From: Cercozoa sp. M6MM
Lineage: Eukaryota > Protista > Endomyxa: Ascetosporea
DNA: 32,026 nt
Assembly (NCBI GenBank): GCA_040357565.1
Contig: JBDODJ010000127.1
Strand: one strand, 5' to 3'
The notes under the pieces were generated by a model. The model searched no databases and was not told the origin of the DNA. It saw only the letters and a program-made list of their open reading frames with translations. Both the position numbers and the translations under genes were made by a program. Shown in pieces: positions 1-11,935 of this stretch (position 1 is its first letter; each line of letters opens with the position of its first letter).

Positions 1-67
<67 letters not shown>
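1..67. repeat. (AC)n microsatellite, probably intronic and at a contig edge
   Basis: Perfect AC dinucleotide run from base 1, followed by a likely acceptor (TGTAG ending at 102). Confidence 0.97.
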
Positions 68-69
<2 letters not shown>

Positions 70-102
70 GCTTGGTTAAATATAAGCCTCTTTTGGATGT
101 AG

Positions 103-3100
103 AATTGAGTCGCACATCCGGATTACTGGATTCCCAAACACTACGATTGGATTGCGATCTGTGTCTGTGCATCCATCGGTTGTGTCCATCGATTGCGACA
201 CAATGTTTGACAACGTGGCATTCCTGGGCTCATTGAACCTCCTTGATCCGGAGGAGAATGGCATAGGACAAGCTAAAAGTGTCCTTAACGACGAAAACCA
301 TAAGTGGATTAAGCTACCTGCTTTAAAAGTGCTAAGTGATCTGTCTATCGGCCACTACGCGGTTGCTGTTGACGCGAATTTGAAACCTGTTTCTGGGTAT
401 CTTTTGCAGGTACAAATAAGTCATGATAATGTTTTCTGTGTAGACACTGCCCTTTTCCGCCAGACTTTCAGCTTGTCAACTCGTTTGAGTGGACAGCGGA
501 CTTGCACGTTGACGAATGGTTTTCTACGCAGAAAGCACAACAACAACTCGTCCAAGCCATCGCGGGATGTGTGCTTCCTGAGTCGGCGAGAGCGCTGCAT
601 TCGACCGTGCTAAAGTTCGACAACAACGACCCATTGTGTGCTTTCTTTTGCTCTGTTGTTGACATTCATTGGTTTGACTGTCGCAGTGCTCAAGAATTCT
701 TGTCGATTGTGCTGCGAAATATAGTGTCTTTAAACACCCTCGACATCCAGCTTTATTTTACATTCTCCGGAACGGGAACGCTCTTTGCTCCTCAGTACGT
801 TCTCTCTCTACACCCCTATATGTACCAAACGGTTTTCTCACAGACTGCGCTGGGTGACGGAGCGTCTGTCGGTGGACATAATGACCGGGCAGACGTGGTC
901 GGTGCAGCTGCCGCGACTGGAGTTGGTGGGCGAGATGTCCCTCCAAGTGCGCGTACTGGCCGAGTTGGACATGTGCTCACTGACACATGCGAGCAGCGTG
1001 ACGTTTGGAGGCATGTGGACTGCCGACATAGACGCCTTCTTTCGGAGTCAGTTGTATCACGACGGTGACGGCGGTTTCGTCAGTCCGCAGAGTTCGGTGA
1101 CCACTGTAGCCATGGGTCAGAGTATGCCGCCTTGTCGCACTGCGCACGTGCCGTTTGTCGACATTGTTTCGACACCTCCGACGACCTTGTCGATGCTGGA
1201 CCTGCCTGACACGGTTGCCGACCTGTCACAGTACGCTTGTGTTTCGTGCATTTGTCTGGGGGGGGGGGGGGGTCAGGGTCAAGTCAGAGTAACCATTGTA
1301 GACTGCACGCACCAGTGGTCAACTCGGTCCGCGTGGATCGCAGTGGCCGACTGTGGGGGGTGTCGTTGGACGACATCAACTGCGGTCCTCTGGAACCGTC
1401 GCTCGTGTTTGTGGGCAGTACCGATGTGATGGCACGTGGTCACTCGGAGCACCAGATGTCGCTGTCACTCATGAGTCGTCTCACTCTGGCCGATGACGAC
1501 GAGTCGATGCGGCGCTTCCTCAGTGCCGCCAAGTCCGTCATGCAGCAGCGAGTCATTGTGTATGATCGCTACAGTGAGGACGGTTTCGTCGGTCTTCCGA
1601 TCGCCAGTCGTGGCTACGTATTCGCACGCTGCGTTTCTCATATTGGTACACCGTCTCTCTCACTCATATTTAAGGCTGTATATCTGACCCCTGTGTGACT
1701 AGCACTCCGCATGGACCGACTCAACATGACGCAGTTGGACTCGTCGAAATACGCACATGATGCCAATGTGGCCATCTCGCTGCCACTACGAACGATCAGT
1801 GGTACCTTTTGGCGGTGATCACACCATGTCATACTGAGAGAGGTATCAATCGTGACCCTTCACAGGCCACGTGGTACGGTTTCGCGGTCCCAGTCGCAGT
1901 TCGAGCGAAGGTGACTTTCCGTTCGATGGCGTCGCAGATGAGCAGTTCGAGTCGCCGCTGTTTTGGGAGACGGGCGATCACTCCAACGGTGACACTGAGA
2001 TCAGTCTCACTTGCCACATCAGGGACGGTTTCATGGGTACCTTGTTGACACGTGCCAACTGGGGGAGGGTGGTACCGGTACTGGAGTGTTGGAGTACTGC
2101 AGGTCTGCGCGAGAGTCTGATGTTACTGACGCACCTGGAGACCACTGACGGTGCCAAGTGGGACGGTACCAACCCGCCAGTGGCATCACTGCCGACGCAC
2201 GTGCAACCTCACGCGGCCTTTGTGCCGCCGTTTCGCCTGCAAGAAACGCTGCCGTCGGGCGTGGTTTCGCTCAACTCGACACTGCGACGAGCCTACTCGT
2301 TCAACATGACCTGTACCTCTCCTGTCTATTTGTACTGTCCATATGTACTTGTGTATATGTACTTGTGTATATGTCTTGTGTACATGTACTTGTGTACTGT
2401 GCACATGTGGCTACAGTGAGACAGCTGCGTGACATGTCGGTACTGCAGTCGGGTCACACAGGCTTGTTCCTGACGCTGCGTGTGCTGCCCTCCATCGGGT
2501 CACTCGAGATGCCGAGTCAGCGACAGGCTTGTTCGTTCAAGTACGGTGCGGTGGACTGGTGTGTACTGCCGCAGGTACTGCTGCGAGTGCCCTTCCCTCT
2601 GGTCAGAGAGGTGCCCACCTTCACCTTGGACTACGGCTCACGTGAGCCCAACACTGTCGGCTCAGTCGCCTTTGATCGCGTGCACTTTGTGCCGCCGCTC
2701 ACGTGGAACACTACATCGGCGGGACGCGGTCGCGTGGTTCGGTAGTGCCACCTTTTTACACCCCTCCCTCTGTTTTACCCTCCCCCCTACCCCCTTACCC
2801 AGAGTGCGTTTCGAGTTCACGCACCGTTACGAGTACGAGCGGACGGAAATTCTCGTGGTGGAACGCACGCGCAACGACAGCGAGGCCGAAGTGGCGATTC
2901 CGCGGATGCGGTATCTGCTGATGTCCGCGCGGATGACTGTAACTTTGACCCCCTTGACTGATCGGTGACTGTACAGATGGTCGGACCTGGCGCACTTCGG
3001 CGGCGTCGATGTGCCACCGGTCGGACTGATCACTTTGCGTTGTTTCGCGTGGTTCGGTCGCTCCCTTAACGACAGTGGTACGGTCCATTTGTACCACCTG

Positions 3101-6100
3101 TGTTTGCTGTGTCTATTTGGACCTTTGTTTGGACGCAGGCGACATGATCGAAATGAATCCGATGAAAGTGGTGTCGAATATCACTTTCAACAACGAGCGC
3201 AACTGGGAGCCTCTGAATGTCACTGTTGATATCGATGATCCTGGTACAAAACACTGGTCTAATTGGACCGATATTGAGGGTACAAATACTCGGTACAAAT
3301 GTGCGGGACAAATGGACAGGTGCTCCGCGTCGGTCCGACCTGTGTAGTGTCGCCGACAAGAGCGTCGCCTTGCAGCCTGTGTTCACTTTCAGCGTGTTTC
3401 CCAACGAGACCAGTCAGGCCACACCTGCGTGTACACTCGAGTTTTACCCCCTACTCCCACCCTACCCCCTTAGCGGCCCCCCCTCCCCGACTGTCAGCAA
3501 GCACGTGATCTGGCACTACGGCGATCCGTACTACGAGGGAACCTACCGAATGAATGTGACACTACCATATGCCGTGCCTGTGGTACCCTCCTGTCTACTA
3601 CCTACACCTTGCATGTAGTACCAGAGAACGACTTTGTTTGTAGATGTGGCAAAACGGCACCCTGTCGGAGGAGTACGAGCAGTGGCACGACCGACCCCTG
3701 GTGCATCGGCATGCCGTGTTTGTGATCTACGAACGTGACCATGAGGGCACTGAGGCACGTGTGCACCGAGTGACACGTGCTGACCCGAAGAAACGCGCAC
3801 TGGAACCATTGGTGCCTGCCAATGCGTCGTCTGGCGTCACGTACAACCTTGTCCATTACTTACTTTGTATTTGTTTTTCATGTATTTTATATGTATTTTT
3901 TCTGTATTTTTAACGTATTTTTGCTGTATTTTTATGTTTCCAAGTATTTTCTTGTTGTGTGTGTTTTGGTATTTTTCTGTGACGCAGGTGGGCCAACAAG
4001 TTCGAGTTCGAGTTGCTCCGCGCGGAAGGCATCCCGACGCAGCAGTTCGTCTTCGTGCTGGCCAGTGGTGCCTCGCTGCAGCACACGTGTCGCTTCGATA
4101 GTTCGAGTCACGAGAATGCCTTCTCTTTCCTGGCACTGCAGCCGCTGCGTCACTTCCAGGTACACTCCAGGTCACACCTAGTCACCGGGTCACAGCTTCC
4201 GCGCGGATGCTCTGCTGTGTGACACGTAGACACGCCTGTTGGCAGTGGAACCGACAGCAGCGCTGCTGACTTCGATCAACGAACCTTTGGTATTTCTCGT
4301 GTCTTTCTGGGTGATTTCTTGTATTTCCTGGTGACCGTATGACGTCACTAATTCCTGGTATTTGTCTGGGTGACTACAGGGAGTGTGGGAGGACTTTGAA
4401 ATGTTTCGCGAAGGCGAGCAGCCGTCGCAGATTCGCGTTGTAGATCGCGTGTACCGTTTTTCTGTATTTTCCTGAGGTGACTGGAGAGGAGGAAAATACG
4501 AAAAACATGTGCAGACCGCCAGTGGGTCGACTGGTGTTCGATCTGGTGACCAGTGTGTTTCGGCACTACGAGTTGTGTCTCGGTGTGAACGAACTGCCTT
4601 GTCGGCCTTTCATTCAGGCAGCATGTCGAAACGACAGGTACTGCTACTGTCTCTCTCCAGTGTCATGAACAAGCTTGTTGGATTTACTTACTGTCTGTTT
4701 GTGTGCAGTGATGTGGTTTGCGACAACGTGAGTTACCGACGCTACGTGACGGACTTCCTGTCGCTCAATTCCGATGGCTCACTGCGCAATGTCACACTCA
4801 CCCTTAAATACAATGAACTGGTACACACACTTTGTCTATTTGTACAACTGCGTTGTCCTGACTACAAGTAGTATGAGTTATCGCACCGGATGTACGCGTG
4901 GCCGCAACTGTCGTTTTTCTCGTCGGCGGAGACTCGCGATGTCTACGGCGAAACCGCGGCATTCCAGGCCACTGTGACACGGTTGGTTTTTCTCATATTT
5001 GTCTAGAGTGACCAGCGATCACTGAAGTGACCACTGATCGATATTGTGACCACTATGGTGTGACCACTATGGTGCACAGATCGGCCAGTCGCGTGCTGTC
5101 GGAGAGTCGGTGTCGCAGCGAGTACTACCCCTACCACTGCGGTGGCAGTATCAAGTGCTACGGCGTCGTTGCCTGCTCGGTCGACCTGTTTCCGGAGGAG
5201 GACTCGTGGTACACTTATCCGCATACTGTCCATATGTACCGTCCATATTGTACCGTCCATATTGTACCACCAGGGTACTCGTGGCCGGCACTGGATTCAA
5301 GGCACTCAGTGCCGTCAGTCGCTTCGGTACAGTTGCGTGGCTACATGTGTCTGTCTATGCTGTGAACATATGTCCCTTGTGTACTGTCCATGTGTACTGT
5401 CCATGTGTACTGTCCATGTGTACTGTCCATGTGTACACGAGGCAGGCTCGGTGCGAGCGTCGCTGCCGATGTCGTTCGAAGGCGTCGCTCGCACCGGCAG
5501 CGCCGACGACTGGGACAACTTCGACGTCTCGGTACGTTTGGACCTTAGTGTGTGCACAAAGTGTAGCCACTCTTTCTCTCTCTGTGGGACCATCTGTACG
5601 GTACAGGCGGACGAACCGGACGGTGTAGCCAGACAGGTGTTGTACGGTGCTCGCGTCGTTGACCTGGACGACGTTACGTCGCTCAAGACCTTCTTCGATG
5701 TGCCACGCATCCTTAAACTTGTTTCAGAGTCGGTTCATTTGTCCTTTTGGATTGTACTGTTTTTGTGGGAGTGTGCAGGAGCACACCGACGGCATCGAAA
5801 CCGAGAAGGTGCCGATGCACGTGCTGCGACACCTTGTGCGACTCACGCAGGGACCGAAAAAGTTCGGACTCACCGGTAACACTGCCTTAATCACTTTGTG
5901 CTGGTACAAATATGCACACAAATAAGGACAGATCCGGACGTGCTCATACAAGACCGATCGGCGATCATTTTCAAAACTCCGCGCGGATTCGAGGTGCACC
6001 AGCTTTTGTTTCTGTTGCTAGTTAGAGGTCTAATGCTGTTTAGGACGTGTTTATTGAACTTGGCGTCACTGTGTGGCTCTCGGTACCTCTAATTCTCCAA

Positions 6101-9100
6101 TAGGGAAAGTGCATGTATTTGGCTTTTTTGACTGGGAAACACAAACAGGGCGATCTGCCGGGAAACCTCGAGGATCCCTCTCTGAGTTACGGCGACATTC
6201 CTAACACTGTTGACACTAATTTTTGCCTCAATGGCGACTGTCTGGTGCACTTCACGCACCGATTCTACTCGTGGTCGGACGCATATGACGGACGCAATCG
6301 TTTGGTATTTTCGGTATTTTTCTGCTTCTGTTTTTTTTAATAGCTTTTGGATCGTTTCAGATCACATTCGACGGCGTGGTGTTTTTGGAGTTCCAGCAGC
6401 GCTATAAGAGCGGTGCATGGCGCAACTGCGAAAAGGTGCGCTTGAGTTGCTTTGCTTTGCTTTTTGTTTTTGTATTTGTGTGCATCCAGGCGGATTTGAT
6501 GTTGTCGTCTTGCGAGCGGAACGGCGGCGTACCAATGCAACTGGTGGCGTATAAACTCGACTCGGCACCGAATGTGAGTTATTTCACGTCTGTCTGAGTG
6601 GAGCAAAAGCTATTTCGCGAGTTTCGAGTAGGTCGAGTTCGCTGTGCGTTTTGTGGACCCGGTCGAGGAAGCGCATGTCATCGTGCAGGACGTTGAAGTG
6701 ATCTACGAAGCGGGCGGTACCAAACTGTGATTACAGTGTGTTTATTTGGGATCAATGTGTACCGAAAACACCAAAACTGAGGTGTTGGTGCAGTTGACAC
6801 GACGATGATTTATTTCGAGTTGCCGCGAGTTCCGCGTCTGATTTACGGAAACGACACTTACTTCTCGGTTGAACTTTTGGGTCGGCGTGGTATCCTCTGA
6901 CTTCTTTACCCTCTCTTCCTTGTCGCTCTGCCTTTACTCCCTCTCTCCTTCTGTAGATGAGTTGACAACGACGCGCGATCAGTGGTTGCTAAACGAGACC
7001 TCGGTGACGCCGACAGGCTACTACGTGTCCTTTGCGCCCTGCAACAACTACTCGGTGTTTACACCCCTTCCTTTCTCTTTATCCCCCACCCTTTATCTGC
7101 TCCCATTTACTCCCTTTTTCTCGCGCTCCACAGGCACCGGACCTTGAGACACTGGAGTGTCTGCCGTGCCTGCCAGGCGAGCACTCCATGTGTACCTTTC
7201 TCTCTCTACCTGTCTACCTGTCTACTACCTTACTGTCCTTCCTACTACCTTACTGTCCTTTCTACTACCTTACTGTCTGCCTACTACCTTACTGTCTGTC
7301 TACCTCGTGGGGGCAAACAACCCTGTCTGTGTGAAACAGACGGCCAGCCGTGTCGCAAGTGTCCTGCCGGCACGTACGCCGTCATGCAGGTACTCTACGC
7401 TTTGGTCCATTTGGACACATACCTATGTCCATTTGTAACTGAGTCCATTTGTACCAATACCGTAGCCAGCAGACGAAGACTTGTCGGACCTCTCGAATGC
7501 GCCGCGCGATCCCGTGAAGAACTCCACGTGCGTTCTTTCGCTGTGTTTTTTTTGTATTTTTTGTTGTATTTTTGTAGGTTGTATTTGTCTGTGCACTTTG
7601 TTGACTTGTGACTTTGTTGTTTTTTTTTGTATTTTGTTGTGTATTTCGCAGGTGCGTGACGTGCGGAATATTTTCCTTCTCGCTCGAGGGCTGGACTCGG
7701 TAGAACAAAGCGTTTTCGTATTTTCTAGGATTGTACAAATACGAAAATGGTGCTTTAAAGGTGCGAGGACTGCTACGGCCCGTCGTCGCTGGACGAGCGT
7801 GGCACGCCACTGACAGGTCTCAAGCAGTGCGAGCCCTGTCGGGAGGGCACGGTACTGCCCGACTTCCTTACTACCCTACTGCCTACCTACTGTGTCACGT
7901 GTGGACAGCCTTGTTTTCGTTCTGACTGTGACACTGTTTGGTAGTACACGCCACTGGCTTTCGATCAGAGTCCGGCACGCGTGTGTATCGAGTGTCCCAA
8001 GGGAGGTGCGACAACCTCTCCCGCACAAGCGTGTTTGTGTTGACTGGCACTGTGTGTGTGTCTCTGCTGTAGCCAAGTGCGTGGGCGATCAGGTCTTTTC
8101 GCAAGCTGGCTACTACGTACAGACCGACCCGGCCACTGGTACAACAATGAAAAACGACATCTGGACCGTTTAAATATACCATAATAATACGAAAATAGGC
8201 ATCGTGAAATCCACACGCTGCAAGGCTGGTCACTGCCTGCCTGGCAACTCGTGTCCGTGCGTTTCTTGTACTTGTCCGAACTGACTGACTGACTCTTTCT
8301 TGTATTTGTTGGGAGACTCAACTGACTCAAAAACACACAACTGAACTGAGCAGAATCGAACCGACGCTGGATGGACGAAAACACGCTCAAAGCTGTTGCT
8401 CTGCCTTCCGTTTGGACCACCGGTCGAACCCAATGTGCGGCACGTGTGAACCTGTACCTTTTCTGTATTTCTCTCGTTTTGGTAAGATACAAGAAAAGTA
8501 AAACTTTTGTTGAATTTAGGGTGCGGTGGAACTGAATGGTTCGTGTCTCAAATGCGAAATTGGCGACTCGATGTATCGGCCTGTGATCTCATTCGTAAAT
8601 CTTCAGTTCGTTTGACCAGTTCAGCTTGTCTCAAACAAGCTTCTTTTTGCAAGTGCAGCTTGTAATGATCGGCTACGTCGGCGTCGTGCACTTTTTGGCG
8701 CAGAACCTGCGCGATGCGACGGTTCGAATCACAATGTACTATCTACAGATGCTGCGGCTGTTCGAAGGTGCGTTCGACAAGTCACTTTCGTCCTGGTACA
8801 ATCGATCACTCTCTTGAACAACCTTGAATGATCGCTGACATCCTCTTTTTGGATATTGTTTATTTAGGCTGCTGCGTTTCTTCTACGGCGTTTTCGACAT
8901 GGGTAAGCTGAGTTTAGTTTGTTTACTCTTATTGTGGGGGGGGGGGGTATTTTACAGTGTGTCAGATGTGTCGTTCGTCGACCCGCAACAAGCCTGTGTG
9001 GGCTATGCGACGCCATTGTCGCACATGCTCGTGCCGTTCTTGAAACCGATCTTGCTGCTGACCTCGCTCACGATCTTCCTGGGACTTTACCATATGGTTC

Positions 9101-10522
9101 GTTTGTGGCGCACCAACGAAGGCTTCACGAATGCGACGCAGTCCGTCGTTATGCAGGTAGTTTTGGCAGTTGCGCTTTGAAAGCTTTCAATTTGCCAAGA
9201 TTAAAAATAACGTTTCAGGTGCGTCGCACGTCGCTGTACATTGTCGTGTCGAGTCTGGCCAGTATTATGGACAAACTGATTCATCTGCTGCTTGGATGTC
9301 GAAAACTTACCGTGGTACTCTTTGTTTTTAACTTAGTTACTTTAAAAAAAAACTGATTGAGTTTCTTGAGATGATTTGAGTTGATGATTTGAGTTTTGTC
9401 TGTTGCTTTTGGACAGGACGAAACACGTCTCGTGCGACGCTATCCCATGTTGGACTGCGCTTCGGATACCTACTTTTACGTTCAGTTAATTGCCGGCGTC
9501 GTTGCGATCTTCATCTTTTCGTTGGTGCGTTTCCATTCAATCATGCAGGTATCTAGAAAAGGCATGAAACAAGCATGGTTTTTATTGTGAGACAGCCCTT
9601 CTACTACGTCTACCAGTTGCGAAAGATGCAAGAGCGCGGAGTGTTGTTCACTCGCTGGGGTCAGCGTTTCTTTGGCATCTTTACCGAGGTGTACCGTCCG
9701 TCGCTGTACATGTGGGAGATGGTCGCGCTGGCTCGTCGCATGTCGATGATTCTGCTCATGTTTGGGTCAGTTTGACGATCTGGAATATTAACTTGGTGGT
9801 GTCAAATACAGAGTGCATGTGTAGATTTGAGTACCTGCTGTCGGATGATGAGTTGTTGATGGCGCTGATGATGATCTCGCTGGTGTCACTGCTGGTGCAC
9901 GTGTACCTGATGCCGTATCGTCGCGTCACCGATAATATTATGGAGACTATGGTGCTGTCACTGCACGTCATGATTCTCTTTGGTTTCATCATGGCCGACG
10001 ATCCAATGTCACCGGTCCAGATGGTACTCTACTCTTGACTTGACTTGACTTTACTTTACTTTACTTTACGTTACTGATGAGAAACGTGTCTGTTGATAGA
10101 CCATCTACCGCATGAGTGTGATGATCACGTCGCTGCTGCTGTTTGTGACGGTTTATGTCGTCAAGAACTTTAGCATTCGACTTCGCAGAGCGCACAAACA
10201 GGCCTATTACACGAGTATCATTTTTCGTATTTGTGTCCATCCATGTGGATTGTTCTAACCGTGTTTTTTGAGTGCAGTCAACGGCGAAGTGATAATGTCG
10301 CAAGCTGCTCTACTGCCTTACTTTGTTCGCAAGCACCGTTATCGGTATTTTCTTGTGTACCGAATTGTCTGTCTGTTTTGTCCTTTTGTTATTGTGTAAG
10401 TGAACTCAGATTATTCGTCAAATGGGCGCAAGCGTTGCTAGGCACGAGGTTCCTGCGTTGGATGGATCAGCGACACAACTATCGCGTCCGACATGCCGTC
10501 ATGCATGTAGACACTTTCTTCT

Positions 10523-10560
<38 letters not shown>

Positions 10561-11755
10561 TATACGATGTGTATTTCTTTACCCTTTGATTGAGTGACTC
10601 AGTTGATATCGGACTGCATGTTCACGCGCGGCGACTTGCTGCAGTACCTGCGCGGCGGCGGCGTCTTTGCCGAGGACGAAGGAATTCTTGCGCTGGCCGA
10701 GGCTGTCGCTGTTGAAAATGAGGCGCTGCTCGAGGTATTTTTTATAAAGTGTTGTTCACTACTTGTTTACGTATTTGTTTATTTAGTTGTAGCTTCTTAA
10801 GTGTTATTAATGTGTTTGTGTTCTGGTTTGAGAAGGGCCCTGAAACGCAAGAGAAGCCGCAGGCGCCGCGGCGCGGACTGTGGAGCGAGGTGACGCGAAA
10901 GTTGCAGCTGTACGCCGAGGAGGCCATGCACAACAGCAGCAGCAACGCGTGGCGCATGTTGCTGCGACGTCTGTTGGCGCGCACACTCGTCGAGACACTG
11001 CGCATTCAGGAGGCCGAGAAACGGGAGGAAGAGTTGCGAGAACAGGCCGAGGACAACGCCAAACGACGTCGCGCAGGTCTTGTGGAACTGCAGCACACGC
11101 CGAATACACAGGTCGCTCTCGTCGGACGCTGGTTCCGTACGGTCTTTCTAATGTGTACCTACTCAGACAGTAAATGATATATGAAACAGGCTTCTACATT
11201 GCGGGCTACGACATCTTTGACACCGAGGACAACAACTGCTACAGCAACCGACGGCTCGACCACCCGGAGGACGATGCCTACGAGGAAGAGAGTACCCTTC
11301 CTATCCCCCCTCCCCCCGTTGAGTACGAGTGAGATATGAGAGTACCCCCGGTAGATCTGCCGGCACCTGCATTCATGCGACGAGGCGCCGTTATTGGCGA
11401 TGTTCTCGCTCAGTTCGACGGCAGCAGTCGCGTTCAGATGACGCGTGGTCTCGCCTCGCCGCTCACTGGTTTGACCATCCTTCTTTCTTTGTGACTTCCG
11501 AGGTATGTGAATTTGCGTCACCTGTAGAAACGCAAAGCGAGCAACTGCGCCAGCACAAGCGACTCAAGCGCATTGTAACAGCTGTCTTTGCCTTTTTGTA
11601 GGAATGCAACTAACTCTGTATTGCAGGAGAGACTGAAGCAACGGGAGCACCGCGACGAGGTCATGCAGCGCGAGGCTGGACACAAGACCTGGGCCACCAC
11701 CTACGACGAGTCCGGCATGCACGACGGGCCTGGCTACTACGCGCAGCACGATTGA
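103..11755 (+). CDS. Giant cell-surface protein (5' incomplete, ~55-60 introns): long ectodomain, Cys-rich CxxC repeats (ephrin-receptor-like/GCC2-GCC3 type), multi-pass TM domain, acidic/coiled cytoplasmic tail
   Basis: Exons join through GT-AG introns into one continuous frame ending ...GPGYYAQHD-TGA (11753-11755). Cys repeats at ~7134-8570 (CLPCLPGEHS, CRKCPAGTYA, CEPCREGTYT, CIECPKGAKC, NPMCGTCEPG). Hydrophobic segments at ~8626-10340 include YYLQMLRLF, YPMLDC and FGIFTEVYRPSLYMWEMVALARR, which resemble the TM block of large protist Cys-rich receptor-like proteins. Individual boundaries are approximate. Confidence 0.8.
5381..5432 (+). repeat. Intronic minisatellite, 4 x 13 bp GTACTGTCCATGT
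   Basis: Four perfect tandem copies inside intron 5327-5445; related units occur in introns 2313-2416 and 5209-5273. Confidence 0.95.
7221..7300 (+). repeat. Intronic minisatellite, 4 x ~19-20 bp with core CTACTACCTTACTGTC
   Basis: Four near-identical tandem units within intron ~7192-7319. Confidence 0.9.
10034..10073 (+). repeat. Intronic pentamer array (CTTGA)3(CTTTA)4(CGTTA)
   Basis: Read directly from the sequence, inside the intron starting at 10024. Confidence 0.9.
10525..10558. repeat. (TA)n microsatellite, intronic
   Basis: Perfect TA run within an intron of the large membrane-protein gene. Confidence 0.95.
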
Positions 11756-11935
11756 GCGACTGCGCTTTGATTGTTTATATGAGCTACTGGTATCGTAAAG
11801 TAAGGATAAGGCCTTTCGTTCCCGCGGCGTGACCAACGCAGCCGTTTCAATTGAACCGCTGCAAACCGCCAAAATAAAAAATTAACAAAAAACAACTTTG
11901 CAATTGCTCACTCGACCTGTGTACAGCACGTGCGT

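Noticed and set aside
5381-7300. Tandem repeats as a CRISPR array
   Set aside because: There are no unique spacers, the units are 13-20 bp and intronic, and the context is eukaryotic with no cas genes.
8626-10340. Calling the giant protein a GPCR coupled to the neighbouring G-alpha
   Set aside because: No GPCR family motifs or GPS site were recognised and the TM count may exceed seven; proximity alone is not evidence.
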